From assembly GCA_030427255.1 (NCBI GenBank), contig JAUHWY010000014.1, forward strand, positions 10,463 through 74,462: 64,000 bases of DNA, read 5' to 3'. This document shows positions 19,340 to 29,355 of the stretch, one piece after another. Numbering within the stretch: position 1 is the stretch's first letter; each line of letters opens with the position of its first letter. The notes under the pieces were generated by a model. It did not search any database, was not told the origin of the DNA, and was given only the letters and a program-made list of their open reading frames with translations. Origin of the DNA: Bacteroidia bacterium (GTDB lineage Bacteria > Bacteroidota > Bacteroidia > CAIKAF01). Position numbers and translations under genes: made by a program.

Positions 19340-20173
19340 TTATTTTATTCCAAGTTTGTAAGCGATGGCTTGCGCATAGCCTTTTCCTTTTTTTGCGAGC
19401 GCATTCTTTTTCTTTTTAAGGGCTTTTAGGGTCCAGATGGTATGGACTTTTAAACGAATATGTGCAGGAGCTTTGGCCAAAATACGTTTGGCTAAGTCTT
19501 TTTTTCGTTTTTCCAGACGCCCGGCCTCCATGTCTTCTGAGGTTTTGGTGTTGGGAAGCATCCGAAAATTTCCCCAATCTTGATTGATGTAAATAAAGGG
19601 GCAAACCAGAGCGGCACTGTAGACAAACTCAAGGTCCATATTGTAGTGGTTATCTTCGGCATACAATCCTACCTTATCGTGTAGGTCTTTTTTATAGACG
19701 TATGCAGAAGGGTTTACCAGCAAGGTTTCGCCGCTAATGATGGCTTGAGGGCTAGGTTTTGAGGGTTTGTTAAGGAATACCAAGGAGCCGTCGGCGGCCC
19801 AAACGTGGCAGTTGGCCACCAAAAAGTCAGGGAAATTATGCGACTTAATGGCTGCAACGGCTTGGTTTAGGGCATTGGGATGGTAAAAGTCGTCTACATT
19901 TAAAAAGGAAATATAGCTCCCTTTGGCCCTGTTGATTCCTTTGTTCATGGCGTCGGATTGCCCGGAATCTTTTTCGCTCAGCGCACTAATATTTTGGTGC
20001 TTATCAGCGTATTCCCAGATAATCTCTTTGGTACCATCCGTGCTTGCACCATCTACCACTACGAGTTCGGCTTCCGGACACTGTTGTTCCAAAAAGTTCT
20101 CGATGGCTTGACCAATAAAGTCTTTGTTGTTAAGCACCACCAGAATTACAGAAATAAGAGGAGCTTCATTCAT
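19340..20173 (-). CDS. GT2 glycosyltransferase (WcaE-like)
   Basis: VVDGASTDG, DSGQSDAMNKG, LNVDD, MDLE. Confidence 0.88.
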   Translation of the reverse strand: MNEAPLISVILVVLNNKDFIGQAIENFLEQQCPEAELVVVDGASTDGTKEIIWEYADKHQNISALSEKDSGQSDAMNKGINRAKGSYISFLNVDDFYHPNALNQAVAAIKSHNFPDFLVANCHVWAADGSLVFLNKPSKPSPQAIISGETLLVNPSAYVYKKDLHDKVGLYAEDNHYNMDLEFVYSAALVCPFIYINQDWGNFRMLPNTKTSEDMEAGRLEKRKKDLAKRILAKAPAHIRLKVHTIWTLKALKKKKNALAKKGKGYAQAIAYKLGIK

Positions 20174-21494
20174 GGGATTCTGTTCGGAGAGAGGAGTAAA
20201 GTTTTTGATAGGCTTGAATCATGGCCTGCAAGGTAAAGTTTTCTTCCGCGTGTTTTCTGGCTGCGTTTTGGGCTTCTGTCCATCTGCTTTGAGGCTGGGT
20301 GGCCATTTCTTGAATGCGCTGCAAAAAAGGAGCCGCACCGGTAGCTCTGGGCATTAGCCAACCCTGCACTCCGTCTTCGATGATTTCGGGGATGCCGGCT
20401 TCGGCGGTTGCTAGGACCGGGAGTCCGGTAGCCAGCGCTTCCATTACCACCAAGGGGTGGTTGTCGGCTTTGGTGGGATAGACCATTAGGTCGGCCGCCT
20501 GGAACAGTTTTGCCATTTCTTGTTCCGAGGCAATGTAGCCATAGGGCAGGTGTTGTTCTGAGCCTTTGGACTCCTTACCGCCAATGGTAATTATTTTTGT
20601 GTTGGGAGGGAGTTCGGAGCCAATCAATTCGCGTACTACCTCACCTCCTTTGTAGGGGTTTTGTGTTGCCAATTCTGATGCATAGACCAAAAGAAAGTCG
20701 TCTTTTGGGAGCTTAAGTTCGGTCCTTGCCGCCTCTTTTGAGCCGGGGCAAAACACCCGAGTATTCACTCCGTTTGGAATGGTTTTTACCCGAAGCTTTG
20801 GAAAGGCCCTTTGAAGTCTTTTTGCCAACCAAACGGATGGGCTTACCAACACCGGGTTTGCCTGTTGGATTAATGCTTTTTTTCTTTGGTGTAAATAAGC
20901 GGTGCGGTCTTTTTTTATGCTTGGATAAATGTTCAAGTCCGGACAGTTGCCACAGCCGGTTTTCCAAGCTTCGCATTCCATAGAAAAGCCACAGTGACCG
21001 GTGAGCGGATGCATGTCGTGGATGGTCCAAACGGCACTTTTGTCGCGGCTTAAAAGGGGCAAGAGTTCATAAGAGAAATATGCGCCATGAAGGTTGTGAA
21101 AGTGCACCAAATCAGCAGCGGCAAAGTGTTCATGGTTCAAAAGCCCCAAGGGGTTTAAGGCGTCGTAATCCAACCAGCCTTCATTTTCTGCTGCTTGTTT
21201 CAGATAAAACTTAAGCCGAGCCGGAATTTTTTCAAATTCAGGAATGGGGTGTATGTTGGGGTCCTCCGTTTTTTTATGTTTTACAAAGAAATGAGCAGGT
21301 TCCACTTCTTTTTGGGCATTGAAGAGTGCGCGCGCCACTTTGGCGGCACCTCCGGATAGGTCGTGGGTGTTGAAAAAAACAGAGCCTTTTTGCCATACCT
21401 GAGTTTGCGCACTCGTTTTAGGGTCAAAGTGCCGAATAATGGAACGGGATATTGCGGGGAGATAGGGCCCCATAAGGCGGGCGACTCTACTCAA
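20166..21494 (-). CDS. GT4 glycosyltransferase (WcaC-like)
   Basis: HFHNLHG, WTIHDMHPLTGHC, IPNGV, ADNHPLVVMEALATG. Confidence 0.9.
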   Translation of the reverse strand: MSRVARLMGPYLPAISRSIIRHFDPKTSAQTQVWQKGSVFFNTHDLSGGAAKVARALFNAQKEVEPAHFFVKHKKTEDPNIHPIPEFEKIPARLKFYLKQAAENEGWLDYDALNPLGLLNHEHFAAADLVHFHNLHGAYFSYELLPLLSRDKSAVWTIHDMHPLTGHCGFSMECEAWKTGCGNCPDLNIYPSIKKDRTAYLHQRKKALIQQANPVLVSPSVWLAKRLQRAFPKLRVKTIPNGVNTRVFCPGSKEAARTELKLPKDDFLLVYASELATQNPYKGGEVVRELIGSELPPNTKIITIGGKESKGSEQHLPYGYIASEQEMAKLFQAADLMVYPTKADNHPLVVMEALATGLPVLATAEAGIPEIIEDGVQGWLMPRATGAAPFLQRIQEMATQPQSRWTEAQNAARKHAEENFTLQAMIQAYQKLYSSLRTESHE

Positions 21495-23106
21495 GGCTAC
21501 CGGTTTTTTTGTGGTTTTTTAAAAATATTACGGAACCATGGATGGGCGAGCTAAGGCTATCAATCATCTTCCAATGACCGCTTTCAAACAAAAGAGATTC
21601 AACTCGAAGGGCAGTACTGTCGGCAAAGGGGTAGTCGGCTCTAAGCGCATTTTTTTTGCCCTTAGGGTGATTAATGGCAATAAGATTCATGCTTTGAGCT
21701 AATTCAAAATAATAAGCAATGCAGGCGTCCAATGTTTCGCAGGAGGCGTTGTGCTCTAAAAAAGGGCGCTTAAAGTAAAAGCTTTGTTGTTCCGGAAGCC
21801 AAATGTTGTGGTTTTTATAGAGGGAGGTTTGGAGTGGTACGGAAAGCATTTCATCAAAAAAGTAAAGGTATTTAAAGTCTATGGAGTTCACTTTTTGGGA
21901 TTCTTTATAAAGAACTTCTCCAGCCTTTTTAGGAGCAAGGTATAGGGCTTGGGTATGTTTTTCTCCTGACCAGAGAAGAGATTGGCTAATAGCCGCTCCC
22001 GCCAAGCACAGCAAAAAGAAGGTGCCAAAGAATGCGGGGCTTAGCTTTTTTGGGAAGCTAAGGTATTTGCTAAACAGTTGCCCAATACTTAAACAAAAGA
22101 AAGGAGAAGAAAGGAAGGCGGCATTCAGTACATGCGGGTTTTCGGGGGCGTGCAAAATAAGTATGCTTAAGCCGTATATAACCACAAAAGGTAAGGATAA
22201 AATGCGCCAGAGGCTTTTGCTTTCTTTTGGAAATACAAACAGGCCTAAGCAGAGAAAAAGAAGGTGTAGTGCTATTCCTTGAGCCCCTTGGAGCTGCACA
22301 AACAAATCAAAACTTCGGGTGAGGGCTTCACCAAGCCCTGTTTTTCCATAGCCCAGTTGAGTATTGTATACCCAAAACCAATCAAAGCGGGTATATAGAT
22401 ACAGCCCAAAACCCATTAAGGTAATGGCCAACCAGCCCCAAAGTAATAGCCTTGATTGAAAAGGCAGACTGCTGAGGGTTTTAATGCTAGGCCAAAGCAA
22501 AGGAAGAACCATTATAGCGGTATAGACAAAAAGGTTGAGCCGCATACCAATACCCATAAGCAAAAGCAAGGGTGCGGCCACAAACCAACGTTTGTCTTTA
22601 GATTTTTGAAACTGGTGTAGTGCAAGTAAGCCGGACATTAAATACACTAGGCCAATACCATCAGGAATGTATGAGCCAATGCCGTAACGGGCATGCATGT
22701 GCCCCGGTAATAAGCCCCAAAGAAGCACGATGCTTAGCCAAAGCCATTTTTGATGGTTTCTGAGCAGTAAAAAAAGCAGGCTAAAGAAAACAAAGAGGCC
22801 GAAAGCTCCTCGAAGCCATAGGTCTCCATCGTTGCTTAAAGACTGTGGCCAAAACAAGCAAAGCAGAGCGTGGTAGGCTCCGGCATTGGGGTTTGCCATG
22901 AGTTCGTTGTAGGCTGAGTGCAGCCGATTGCCCGGTCCAAAATTTTCTTGAAACTTATGGTGCCGACGGACTTGTTGGTATTCATACATAACCCCGTCGA
23001 AGACCTTTACATTGTGCTCTGTGAAATTTTGAGAGCGCTCAACAGACCACCAAGAAATTAAGGCCGACCAAATAAAAAGAAAGAGAAACAGAAGGGAGCT
23101 TTTCAT
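21487..23106 (-). CDS. Polytopic membrane protein, possible GT-C (ArnT/GtrII-like) transferase
   Basis: About 10-11 hydrophobic segments plus a soluble C-terminal domain. The start at MKSSLL overlaps the upstream stop (ATGA). GT-C assignment rests on topology and context only. Confidence 0.55.
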   Translation of the reverse strand: MKSSLLFLFLFIWSALISWWSVERSQNFTEHNVKVFDGVMYEYQQVRRHHKFQENFGPGNRLHSAYNELMANPNAGAYHALLCLFWPQSLSNDGDLWLRGAFGLFVFFSLLFLLLRNHQKWLWLSIVLLWGLLPGHMHARYGIGSYIPDGIGLVYLMSGLLALHQFQKSKDKRWFVAAPLLLLMGIGMRLNLFVYTAIMVLPLLWPSIKTLSSLPFQSRLLLWGWLAITLMGFGLYLYTRFDWFWVYNTQLGYGKTGLGEALTRSFDLFVQLQGAQGIALHLLFLCLGLFVFPKESKSLWRILSLPFVVIYGLSILILHAPENPHVLNAAFLSSPFFCLSIGQLFSKYLSFPKKLSPAFFGTFFLLCLAGAAISQSLLWSGEKHTQALYLAPKKAGEVLYKESQKVNSIDFKYLYFFDEMLSVPLQTSLYKNHNIWLPEQQSFYFKRPFLEHNASCETLDACIAYYFELAQSMNLIAINHPKGKKNALRADYPFADSTALRVESLLFESGHWKMIDSLSSPIHGSVIFLKNHKKTGSLE

Positions 23107-23837
23107 GACATCGGGTAGGTGTAGGTTCCGTCGGGTTGAAGGCTGGTGAACCGCTCCCAAGTGCTTTGGCAAATAGCTTTACGGTCTTGATCGTTTAGGT
23201 TCAAGTCACCAAAATACTCATGAATCAGGTTCCACTGCATTTGAGGGTCGGCGCTTGGGTAATCTGAACCCCAAAAAAGGCGGTTTGCCGGGGTAAAACG
23301 AATGAGCTTTTTTAAATCGGCAGCCACGCTGGAATCGTGCAAGTATTGAAGAGAAAAGGAAAGGTCAAAACCTACTCGATTTAGTCCCCGCAAGTGAAAA
23401 AAGTATTTCAGCAATTCGTAACCCCCTGCATGCGCAATAATGAAGCGGGTTTTGGGCAGCGCCTCGTGCAACTTTATTAAAAAGGACAGACTGGGTTGAT
23501 GCTCCAATGCACTTCCATAGTAAAAGGCATCATATATGATGGGAATCGGACGATTTAGCTCTTGGTATGCCGACACCAAAGGCTCTAAGTCATTTTCGGT
23601 AAGTTGCTGAATGCGGCTATGTACTTTAAAAGCGCGTATTTTCCCGGATTTTGCTATGGCTTTTACTTGTTCCCATTCGTTCTTAAAATCAAAAATTAAG
23701 GAATGGTAAAACTGAGGGTATTGCCTGTGGTGCTTTTGGTAAGATGCTAAAGAATTAAAAATGACATTGGCCTTAAGGTCTTTAAACGGGTAGGCTTCCA
23801 GTCCTTTTTCAACATGTAGGTGGCAATCGAAAGGCAT
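23103..23837 (-). CDS. Amidohydrolase-family (TIM-barrel metallo-hydrolase/decarboxylase) protein
   Basis: DCHLH, FKVH, IIAHAGG, FWGSDYP. Confidence 0.8.
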   Translation of the reverse strand: MPFDCHLHVEKGLEAYPFKDLKANVIFNSLASYQKHHRQYPQFYHSLIFDFKNEWEQVKAIAKSGKIRAFKVHSRIQQLTENDLEPLVSAYQELNRPIPIIYDAFYYGSALEHQPSLSFLIKLHEALPKTRFIIAHAGGYELLKYFFHLRGLNRVGFDLSFSLQYLHDSSVAADLKKLIRFTPANRLFWGSDYPSADPQMQWNLIHEYFGDLNLNDQDRKAICQSTWERFTSLQPDGTYTYPMS

Positions 23838-23847
23838 AGCAGTAGGT

Positions 23848-24981
23848 CTAAAACAATTCGGAGGCAGCGACTAGTTTTTCTTTTGGCAAAGTAAGGCAAA
23901 CTCGAACAGTATGTCCTAAACTTTTTCCATAAGCGTTTCCCGGGGTGACCATAAGGCCTCGTTTTTCCAGCCGGTTGGCCAGTTCTTCCCCTGAAGTGGC
24001 TTCCTCTTTTTTGGCCTGTGTTAATATATAAAAGGCCGCTTGAATGGGCCAAACGGTATATCCTTTTCGCTCAAGGGCTTGTGAGAACAGGGTGTAACGT
24101 TCTTGATAGATTTTGGCGCACTGCTGCGTAAAATGAGCAAAGGGCAATTCTTCTAAATGTTCCGCAAGCCATAAAGCGGGTTGAGCAATGCAGGTATGTA
24201 TATGTTGCCCCAAGGCGTCCGCTTTTTGAATACATGCCGCCGGTCCCGACATGTAGGCAAGCCTCAAACCTGCAAGGCATAAACTTTTAGAAAGGGAGCC
24301 AATGCGCACCAGGCCTTCAAAGTGAGGAACGGAAGGAAAGGTTTCTCCGGGAAATACCAGGTCTTTATATACCTCGTCGTAAATGAGCCAAACCCCTTCT
24401 TTTTGGCACCAGTCCACCAGTTCCTCCAGATCGGTGTTAGGGTGAATCCAGCCTCCCGGGTTGTTGGGGTTGTTAAGAATAATGGCTTTTGGTTTTCCAT
24501 GCACTTTTGCGGCTTGGGTCAAAAAGGCATGCATGCTTATCTTTTGGGACGGCGCAGGCATTTCCAACTCCTGAAAAGCAAGGTCCAAGCTTTTGCAAAT
24601 TTCCGGGTAACTGAGCCAATAAGGAGCAAAGAGAAATACTTGCTCTTTGGGAGAAACCAATGTTTTTAAGGCCAAGTAAATGGCGTACTTGGCTCCCGGA
24701 AGAAGCATGAGGTTTTGGTTGGGATCAATGCTGTTGTCGTTACCAAGCACCACGTTATGCAATGCCTTAAGACCCTTAATACTTCCTTTGGATGGAGCGT
24801 AACCATATCTGTTTTGCTCCACATAGGCTTGCATTAAGGCACTCACTTCTTTTGGAGGGGCAAGGTCCGGGCTACCGACAGCCAAGTTGTATAAGAGTGG
24901 CGTTTCTCCAAGCCCACGCGCCATAGACAAGGAGGGTTGAACGGAATTGGCCGCTTGTGAAAAAGTAAAATCAGGATGCAT
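23848..24981 (-). CDS. PLP-dependent aminotransferase class I/II
   Basis: LAVGSPD, NNPNNPGG, YDEVY, SLSKSLCLAGLRLAY. Confidence 0.9.
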   Translation of the reverse strand: MHPDFTFSQAANSVQPSLSMARGLGETPLLYNLAVGSPDLAPPKEVSALMQAYVEQNRYGYAPSKGSIKGLKALHNVVLGNDNSIDPNQNLMLLPGAKYAIYLALKTLVSPKEQVFLFAPYWLSYPEICKSLDLAFQELEMPAPSQKISMHAFLTQAAKVHGKPKAIILNNPNNPGGWIHPNTDLEELVDWCQKEGVWLIYDEVYKDLVFPGETFPSVPHFEGLVRIGSLSKSLCLAGLRLAYMSGPAACIQKADALGQHIHTCIAQPALWLAEHLEELPFAHFTQQCAKIYQERYTLFSQALERKGYTVWPIQAAFYILTQAKKEEATSGEELANRLEKRGLMVTPGNAYGKSLGHTVRVCLTLPKEKLVAASELF

Positions 24982-26194
24982 AGTTTACTTTAATGCTTTG
25001 TTGAATGGCTTGGAAACGTTCTTCTATTTCTCTTCCATTCCTACCCGTTAGAATAACAAAACCATGCCTCCCTCTGTCGTCTAAGGCTTCTTTAATCCTA
25101 TGGCCGGGTTGAATGTCTATTTGGAGCTGAAGTACGCCGGGCTTTTCTTTAGCCTGTTCTATTCCCGATATTTCTACGACTTTGCCGGCCTCAAATTCAA
25201 AAAAGCAGAGCGCTACGGCAGGCCTTTCTTTGCTATTCCAAGGGGGCAAGCGCTCCGGCAGTTTGTCGTTTACTAAAAGTTGGTACCAAATTTCGTATAC
25301 ATCCACTCCGGAATGTGCGGGAATAATGGTGGAGGGAATTAAGGTTCCTCCCCCACGGCAACTCAATTCTACTAAGGCAAAGGAGCCGGTTTCCGGGTTC
25401 CAAAAATACTCGGAATGGGTAAGGCCTTTGCTAAGTCCGCAGGAGTTTATAAGTTGGTTGTGTAGGGATTCGAGCCGACTTAAGTGGGACAGGGGAATAG
25501 TATGTGGAGGGTAGCAAAGCTCAGAGGCTATTCCGAAACGGAAGTGTTTCTTTTGGCTTATTCCCAATATATGGTGTTGGCCTTGAATGCTTATTCCTTC
25601 GACCGTGAGCTCGATTCCTTGAAGCATTTCTTCTGCCAGGACCTCACCGGAAGGGCTATTTCTTCGGCAGCTTTCAAAGGCACGGCTAAGCTCGTCGGTA
25701 GTTAATCCGGGAAGTAGTTTTAGGATTCCACGAGAAGATTGAGCGTCGGCCGGTTTTAGGATGAAGGTTTTTTGAGGGTTTGCAGCAATAAAGGCCTGAA
25801 GGTTTTCGGCAGAGGAGATTTTTTGAAAATCGGGAGCAAGGCTTGGCACCTTTTCTTTAACGAATTGGCGTGACAACAGTTTGTTGGAGAACAAGCGGGT
25901 TGTTTCTACCGGGATTCCGGGTAGCCCAAAGTGTTGGTTGAGCATGGCTACAGGAATAACGCTAACGTCGGTTTGTTCGGAGGTTACCAAATCGGGGGTC
26001 CAGCCCATATTTTCCAAGGCCCTTATGATTCCATTTACGTCTTTTACATCCAGAGCGATGTGGTGGTCTGCCCAAGGCAAAACCGGAGGGTGGGCATTGG
26101 GGTCAACCAAGAGGAGTTCATGGCCTTTGTTTTTTAAAAACGAAGCCCAAGGAATTTGCCAAGGGCCTCCACTCAGAAACAGGATTTTTTTCAT
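24971..26194 (-). CDS. ATP-grasp ligase (DdaF/CarB-like)
   Basis: FSNK, ILKPADAQSSRG, EEMLQGIE, HSEY, VELSCRGGG, C-terminal LAL_C-like domain. Confidence 0.85.
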   Translation of the reverse strand: MKKILFLSGGPWQIPWASFLKNKGHELLLVDPNAHPPVLPWADHHIALDVKDVNGIIRALENMGWTPDLVTSEQTDVSVIPVAMLNQHFGLPGIPVETTRLFSNKLLSRQFVKEKVPSLAPDFQKISSAENLQAFIAANPQKTFILKPADAQSSRGILKLLPGLTTDELSRAFESCRRNSPSGEVLAEEMLQGIELTVEGISIQGQHHILGISQKKHFRFGIASELCYPPHTIPLSHLSRLESLHNQLINSCGLSKGLTHSEYFWNPETGSFALVELSCRGGGTLIPSTIIPAHSGVDVYEIWYQLLVNDKLPERLPPWNSKERPAVALCFFEFEAGKVVEISGIEQAKEKPGVLQLQIDIQPGHRIKEALDDRGRHGFVILTGRNGREIEERFQAIQQSIKVNYAS

Positions 26195-26844
26195 GGCTTA
26201 ACAAACACCAAGCGTTCGCGATCTATTTGAACATCTTTTCGGAGGGTCAGGGTAAACTCGAAGGGCATGTAATCGTTGCGTAGGACCACATGATTGGTAA
26301 GGCTAAAAGCAAATTCGAGCAATTGCCCGGGGTTGGAGTTGTGGTTGTGATCGGTTTTGTACTCCACTTTATCGGAAAGGAAATTAACGGAGAGGCCTTT
26401 TTGGCAAATGGCAAAGAGGTGATTTAGGGCGTTTTTGATGGATTCAAACTCTTTGCCGTCGGAGCGTTTGTGGTTAAATACTCCGGAACAGCAAACGAAG
26501 TCGGCTTGGGTTTGTTTGGGGATTTCTTCGAGAGGTGCAGAAAGGAAGGTTCCTTCCGGATATCTTTTTTGCGCCTCTTCTAAAAGCCTGGGGTTGATGT
26601 CGTACCCAATGTAGGAGGCCGGAGCCTTGTTTTCTTTTTGGAGGATTCCGAGCAAATCGCCAAAACCACAGCCGGCATCGAGGAGGGAGCTTTGTGGGAT
26701 TTCTTCCCAAAAATTGGCGACCAGTGCTTTGAGCCTAATTTGGTTGTTTTCTCGAGTCCACCCCAGGGCTTGGTCGGTGGGGCCTAAGGCATCTAATCGT
26801 TGGTTGTATCGATCTATGGTTTGTTGCAAGTCTTTATTTTTCAT
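26191..26844 (-). CDS. Class I SAM-dependent methyltransferase
   Basis: LLDAGCGFGD. Shares FLSDKV.Y and V.LRNDYMPFEF with 7170-7859. Confidence 0.88.
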   Translation of the reverse strand: MKNKDLQQTIDRYNQRLDALGPTDQALGWTRENNQIRLKALVANFWEEIPQSSLLDAGCGFGDLLGILQKENKAPASYIGYDINPRLLEEAQKRYPEGTFLSAPLEEIPKQTQADFVCCSGVFNHKRSDGKEFESIKNALNHLFAICQKGLSVNFLSDKVEYKTDHNHNSNPGQLLEFAFSLTNHVVLRNDYMPFEFTLTLRKDVQIDRERLVFVKP

Positions 26845-26887
26845 GGGCCACTATTTGGTGAGGCGGATGCACATTGGAAGAAGGAAT

Positions 26888-27039
26888 CGGGCCCCTGATG
26901 GAAGCAGGTAGCGTGTAGTACTTGCAAGCCGGCATGCGGCTAGCGAGGAGGCCCTGACGCTTAGGTCAGGGACCCCGGAGCAGCGGCAGGCCGTGCTTGG
27001 AAGTGCTGCACCTACCGCAGACAGCAGGAATTGGCCCCC
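26888..27039 (-). repeat. ~150-bp hairpin intergenic repeat, copy A3
   Basis: Long imperfect stem GGTAGCGTGTAGTACTTGCAAGC / GCTTGGAAGTGCTGCACCTACC and inner hairpin CCCTGAC-GTCAGGG. Reverse-complement termini GGGGGCCAATTCCTGCTGT and CCATCAGGGGCCC resemble those of the other copies. Confidence 0.55.
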
Positions 27040-27049
27040 AAAAAAGCAC

Positions 27050-28042
27050 TTAAATGGACCCATTGCGTGGTGGATCTTGGTTTGGAAAGCCGTTGGCTTG
27101 TTCGGGACTAATGTTTACGGCATCTTCGACCAGGTACACGGGACGTTGTTTCACTTCCTCGACTACTTCGCGGAGGTACTCGCCCATGATGCCAAGTACA
27201 AAAAGTATGGCGCTGGAAGCCAGAAGTATGGTTACAATAATGGAGGTGTAGCCGAGGGGTATTTCGTACTGCCATTTCATCCAAACGCGCACCAATCCAA
27301 AGAGCAAGGAGGCCACGGCGGCAGCCACGCTAAGCAGCGTGCCGAGCGAAAGTAGGCGGGTGGAGCTGCCCAAAATTCCCAGACGGGCCAGGCGCAGCTG
27401 TTTTTTTAGGGAGTAACTTGACTTGCCGGCGTAGCGGGCTTTGTGTTCAATTTCGATGGTTTCGGCGCTGAAGCCCATCCAATGAAACATGCCCCCGACA
27501 AAGCGGCGGCGCTCGGGGAGGCTTACGAAAGCCTGGCCAACCAGGCGGCTAAACATGCGGTAGGTGCCGATGCGGTGGTCATGACGGCTGCCGCTAAGGG
27601 TAGAAATGAGTCCATAAATGAGTCTGGACTTTAGTTTTTTGAGCGGAGGGTCTTGTCGTTCTTTTCGGATTGCATAGACCAGATGCACGTTTTTTTGCAC
27701 CAAGGCGGCATGCATTTCAGGCAGGTGGGAGGGGTCGTCCTGGCCATCGCAATCCATTAGCGCAATAAATTTGCCTTGAGCGAGTCGAATGCCGGCACTT
27801 AGGGCAGTATGTTGGCCGAAATTCCGGGAAAACCTAAGGGCTTTTATTCTAGGGTCTTGTTTTGCAAGATTTGAGGCAATAACCCAAGAGGCGTCGGGGC
27901 TTCGGTCGTCGATGAGCAAAATTTCGTAGGGGTCAAGCGAAGCATTTTCCAAGGCCTGGCGAATGTTTTGGCACAGAGCCTCAATGGTACCGGCCCCCAT
28001 ATACAGGGGTATAACAATGCTTATTTCCGGAGGAGTGGCCAT
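27050..28042 (-). CDS. Polyprenyl-phosphate glycosyltransferase (ArnC/GtrB-like GT2)
   Basis: IDDRSPD, FSRNFGQH, MDCDGQDDP, two C-terminal TM helices, GIMGEYL, RPVYLV. Confidence 0.92.
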   Translation of the reverse strand: MATPPEISIVIPLYMGAGTIEALCQNIRQALENASLDPYEILLIDDRSPDASWVIASNLAKQDPRIKALRFSRNFGQHTALSAGIRLAQGKFIALMDCDGQDDPSHLPEMHAALVQKNVHLVYAIRKERQDPPLKKLKSRLIYGLISTLSGSRHDHRIGTYRMFSRLVGQAFVSLPERRRFVGGMFHWMGFSAETIEIEHKARYAGKSSYSLKKQLRLARLGILGSSTRLLSLGTLLSVAAAVASLLFGLVRVWMKWQYEIPLGYTSIIVTILLASSAILFVLGIMGEYLREVVEEVKQRPVYLVEDAVNISPEQANGFPNQDPPRNGSI

Positions 28043-28764
28043 TATTCCAGTTTGAAGTCACGAATTTTTTCGCGTAGAAAGGGAGGAAGTACTTCGGGTT
28101 CTTCCAAATACTGTTTTTGACAAATGGTTTTGTAGGTACTCCATTTGAGGGTATTGATGCAATAAGACCACACGTCTTCTTGGAGTTCTATAAATTCCAG
28201 TTTTTTAAAGAGCGTTTCGTTGATTTCATTTGGCTCAATGAGGGTGCTTCCGCTATCGTCACTGACTAGAATTCCGCCTTGGAAGCGCTGTTTACGTTGT
28301 TCGGCTTGTGCCAAAATTTCGGGCGAGGGAGCAATGTTTTTATTGGAACAACCCAGGGGTGTGTGTCCGGTGCACCAAATGGGGTAGCCGTATTTTTTGA
28401 GGTCGGGAATGTCTCGGAGGGTTCCGTTGACCACAATACCTCTTGTTTTGCGGTAAAGCATCATAAACTTGGCCACAAGGTCGCCAAAGATGGCTTTGTC
28501 GCCGCATTCAAAGGCATCTACAAACACCACATGGTCGGGCGGCAGTTGTTCGGCCTGTTCGTGTATGGGCCAGTTGGAGCCGGAATGGGCAAAGATATAA
28601 TGCACCTTTCCGACCAAAAAGGAGCCTTCGCGAATGGGTTTCATGTGAGGGATTACCCCCTTTTTCCCTAGAGCATCGGCTACTTCGGTGCTCGAAATGC
28701 GGTTGGAGTGAATCAGGTCAACGCAGGCATGAACAAGCGATTCTTGAGTGGTTTCGGTGGACAT
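28042..28764 (-). CDS. RraA/HMG-aldolase family protein
   Basis: STEVADAL, AIFGDL, GIVVNGTLRD, VSDDSG. Confidence 0.8.
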   Translation of the reverse strand: MSTETTQESLVHACVDLIHSNRISSTEVADALGKKGVIPHMKPIREGSFLVGKVHYIFAHSGSNWPIHEQAEQLPPDHVVFVDAFECGDKAIFGDLVAKFMMLYRKTRGIVVNGTLRDIPDLKKYGYPIWCTGHTPLGCSNKNIAPSPEILAQAEQRKQRFQGGILVSDDSGSTLIEPNEINETLFKKLEFIELQEDVWSYCINTLKWSTYKTICQKQYLEEPEVLPPFLREKIRDFKLE

Positions 28765-28767
28765 GTG

Positions 28768-29139
28768 CTAATATTTTACAGTTACAAAAATGCCTAAGCC
28801 AATCAAAGCTAAACCAAATACTTTGCCCCAGCTAAAATCTTCGTTTAAAAACCAAACACCAAATATAAATACCAGAGCGGGAGCAAGGCTCATGAAAGGA
28901 TAAGCCACGGTTATGGGTAATTTGCTCATAGCGGCCATCCAACACATGGCGGCTAAAAAGGCGGCAAAGAAGCCGGAAAAAATATAGGGGTCAAAAAGTA
29001 GGCCCAACATGCCTTTTGCTTTTTCCCATATTCCCTCACCCCAAGACAGGTTTAGCTGGTTGAGTCGCCACTTTAAAACAAGCTGGCCGTAAACGGTAAA
29101 CAACAAGGTGAGCAGTACGAAGCGGTATCCGGGTGACAT
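28768..29139 (-). CDS. SMR/EamA-like small membrane protein (ArnE/ArnF-like flippase subunit)
   Basis: 123 aa, 4 TM segments, GQLVLK, AYPFMSL, FLNE. Confidence 0.8.
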   Translation of the reverse strand: MSPGYRFVLLTLLFTVYGQLVLKWRLNQLNLSWGEGIWEKAKGMLGLLFDPYIFSGFFAAFLAAMCWMAAMSKLPITVAYPFMSLAPALVFIFGVWFLNEDFSWGKVFGLALIGLGIFVTVKY

Positions 29140-29324
29140 AGGTTTGGCTTTATTTGCAATTGCTTCGGTAAATGTAAGGCCTCCCGATGAAAAGGCTAAA
29201 CGAAAGCTCGTTGAGCCTGTTTATTCTTCCTGCTTTTCGATACTTGGACAAAAGGGATAGCATTTTGGACGCTAATTCCAAGGCAAATACCTTCGCAATT
29301 TTCACTTTAAACGCCAATTCTTAT

Positions 29325-29332
29325 TATATTTG
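29325..29332 (+). promoter_or_regulatory. Bacteroidota sigma-A -7 element
   Basis: TATATTTG, 23 nt before ATG 29356. Confidence 0.5.
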
Positions 29333-29355
29333 AGAAAACCAGCCTTGAATTTTTA

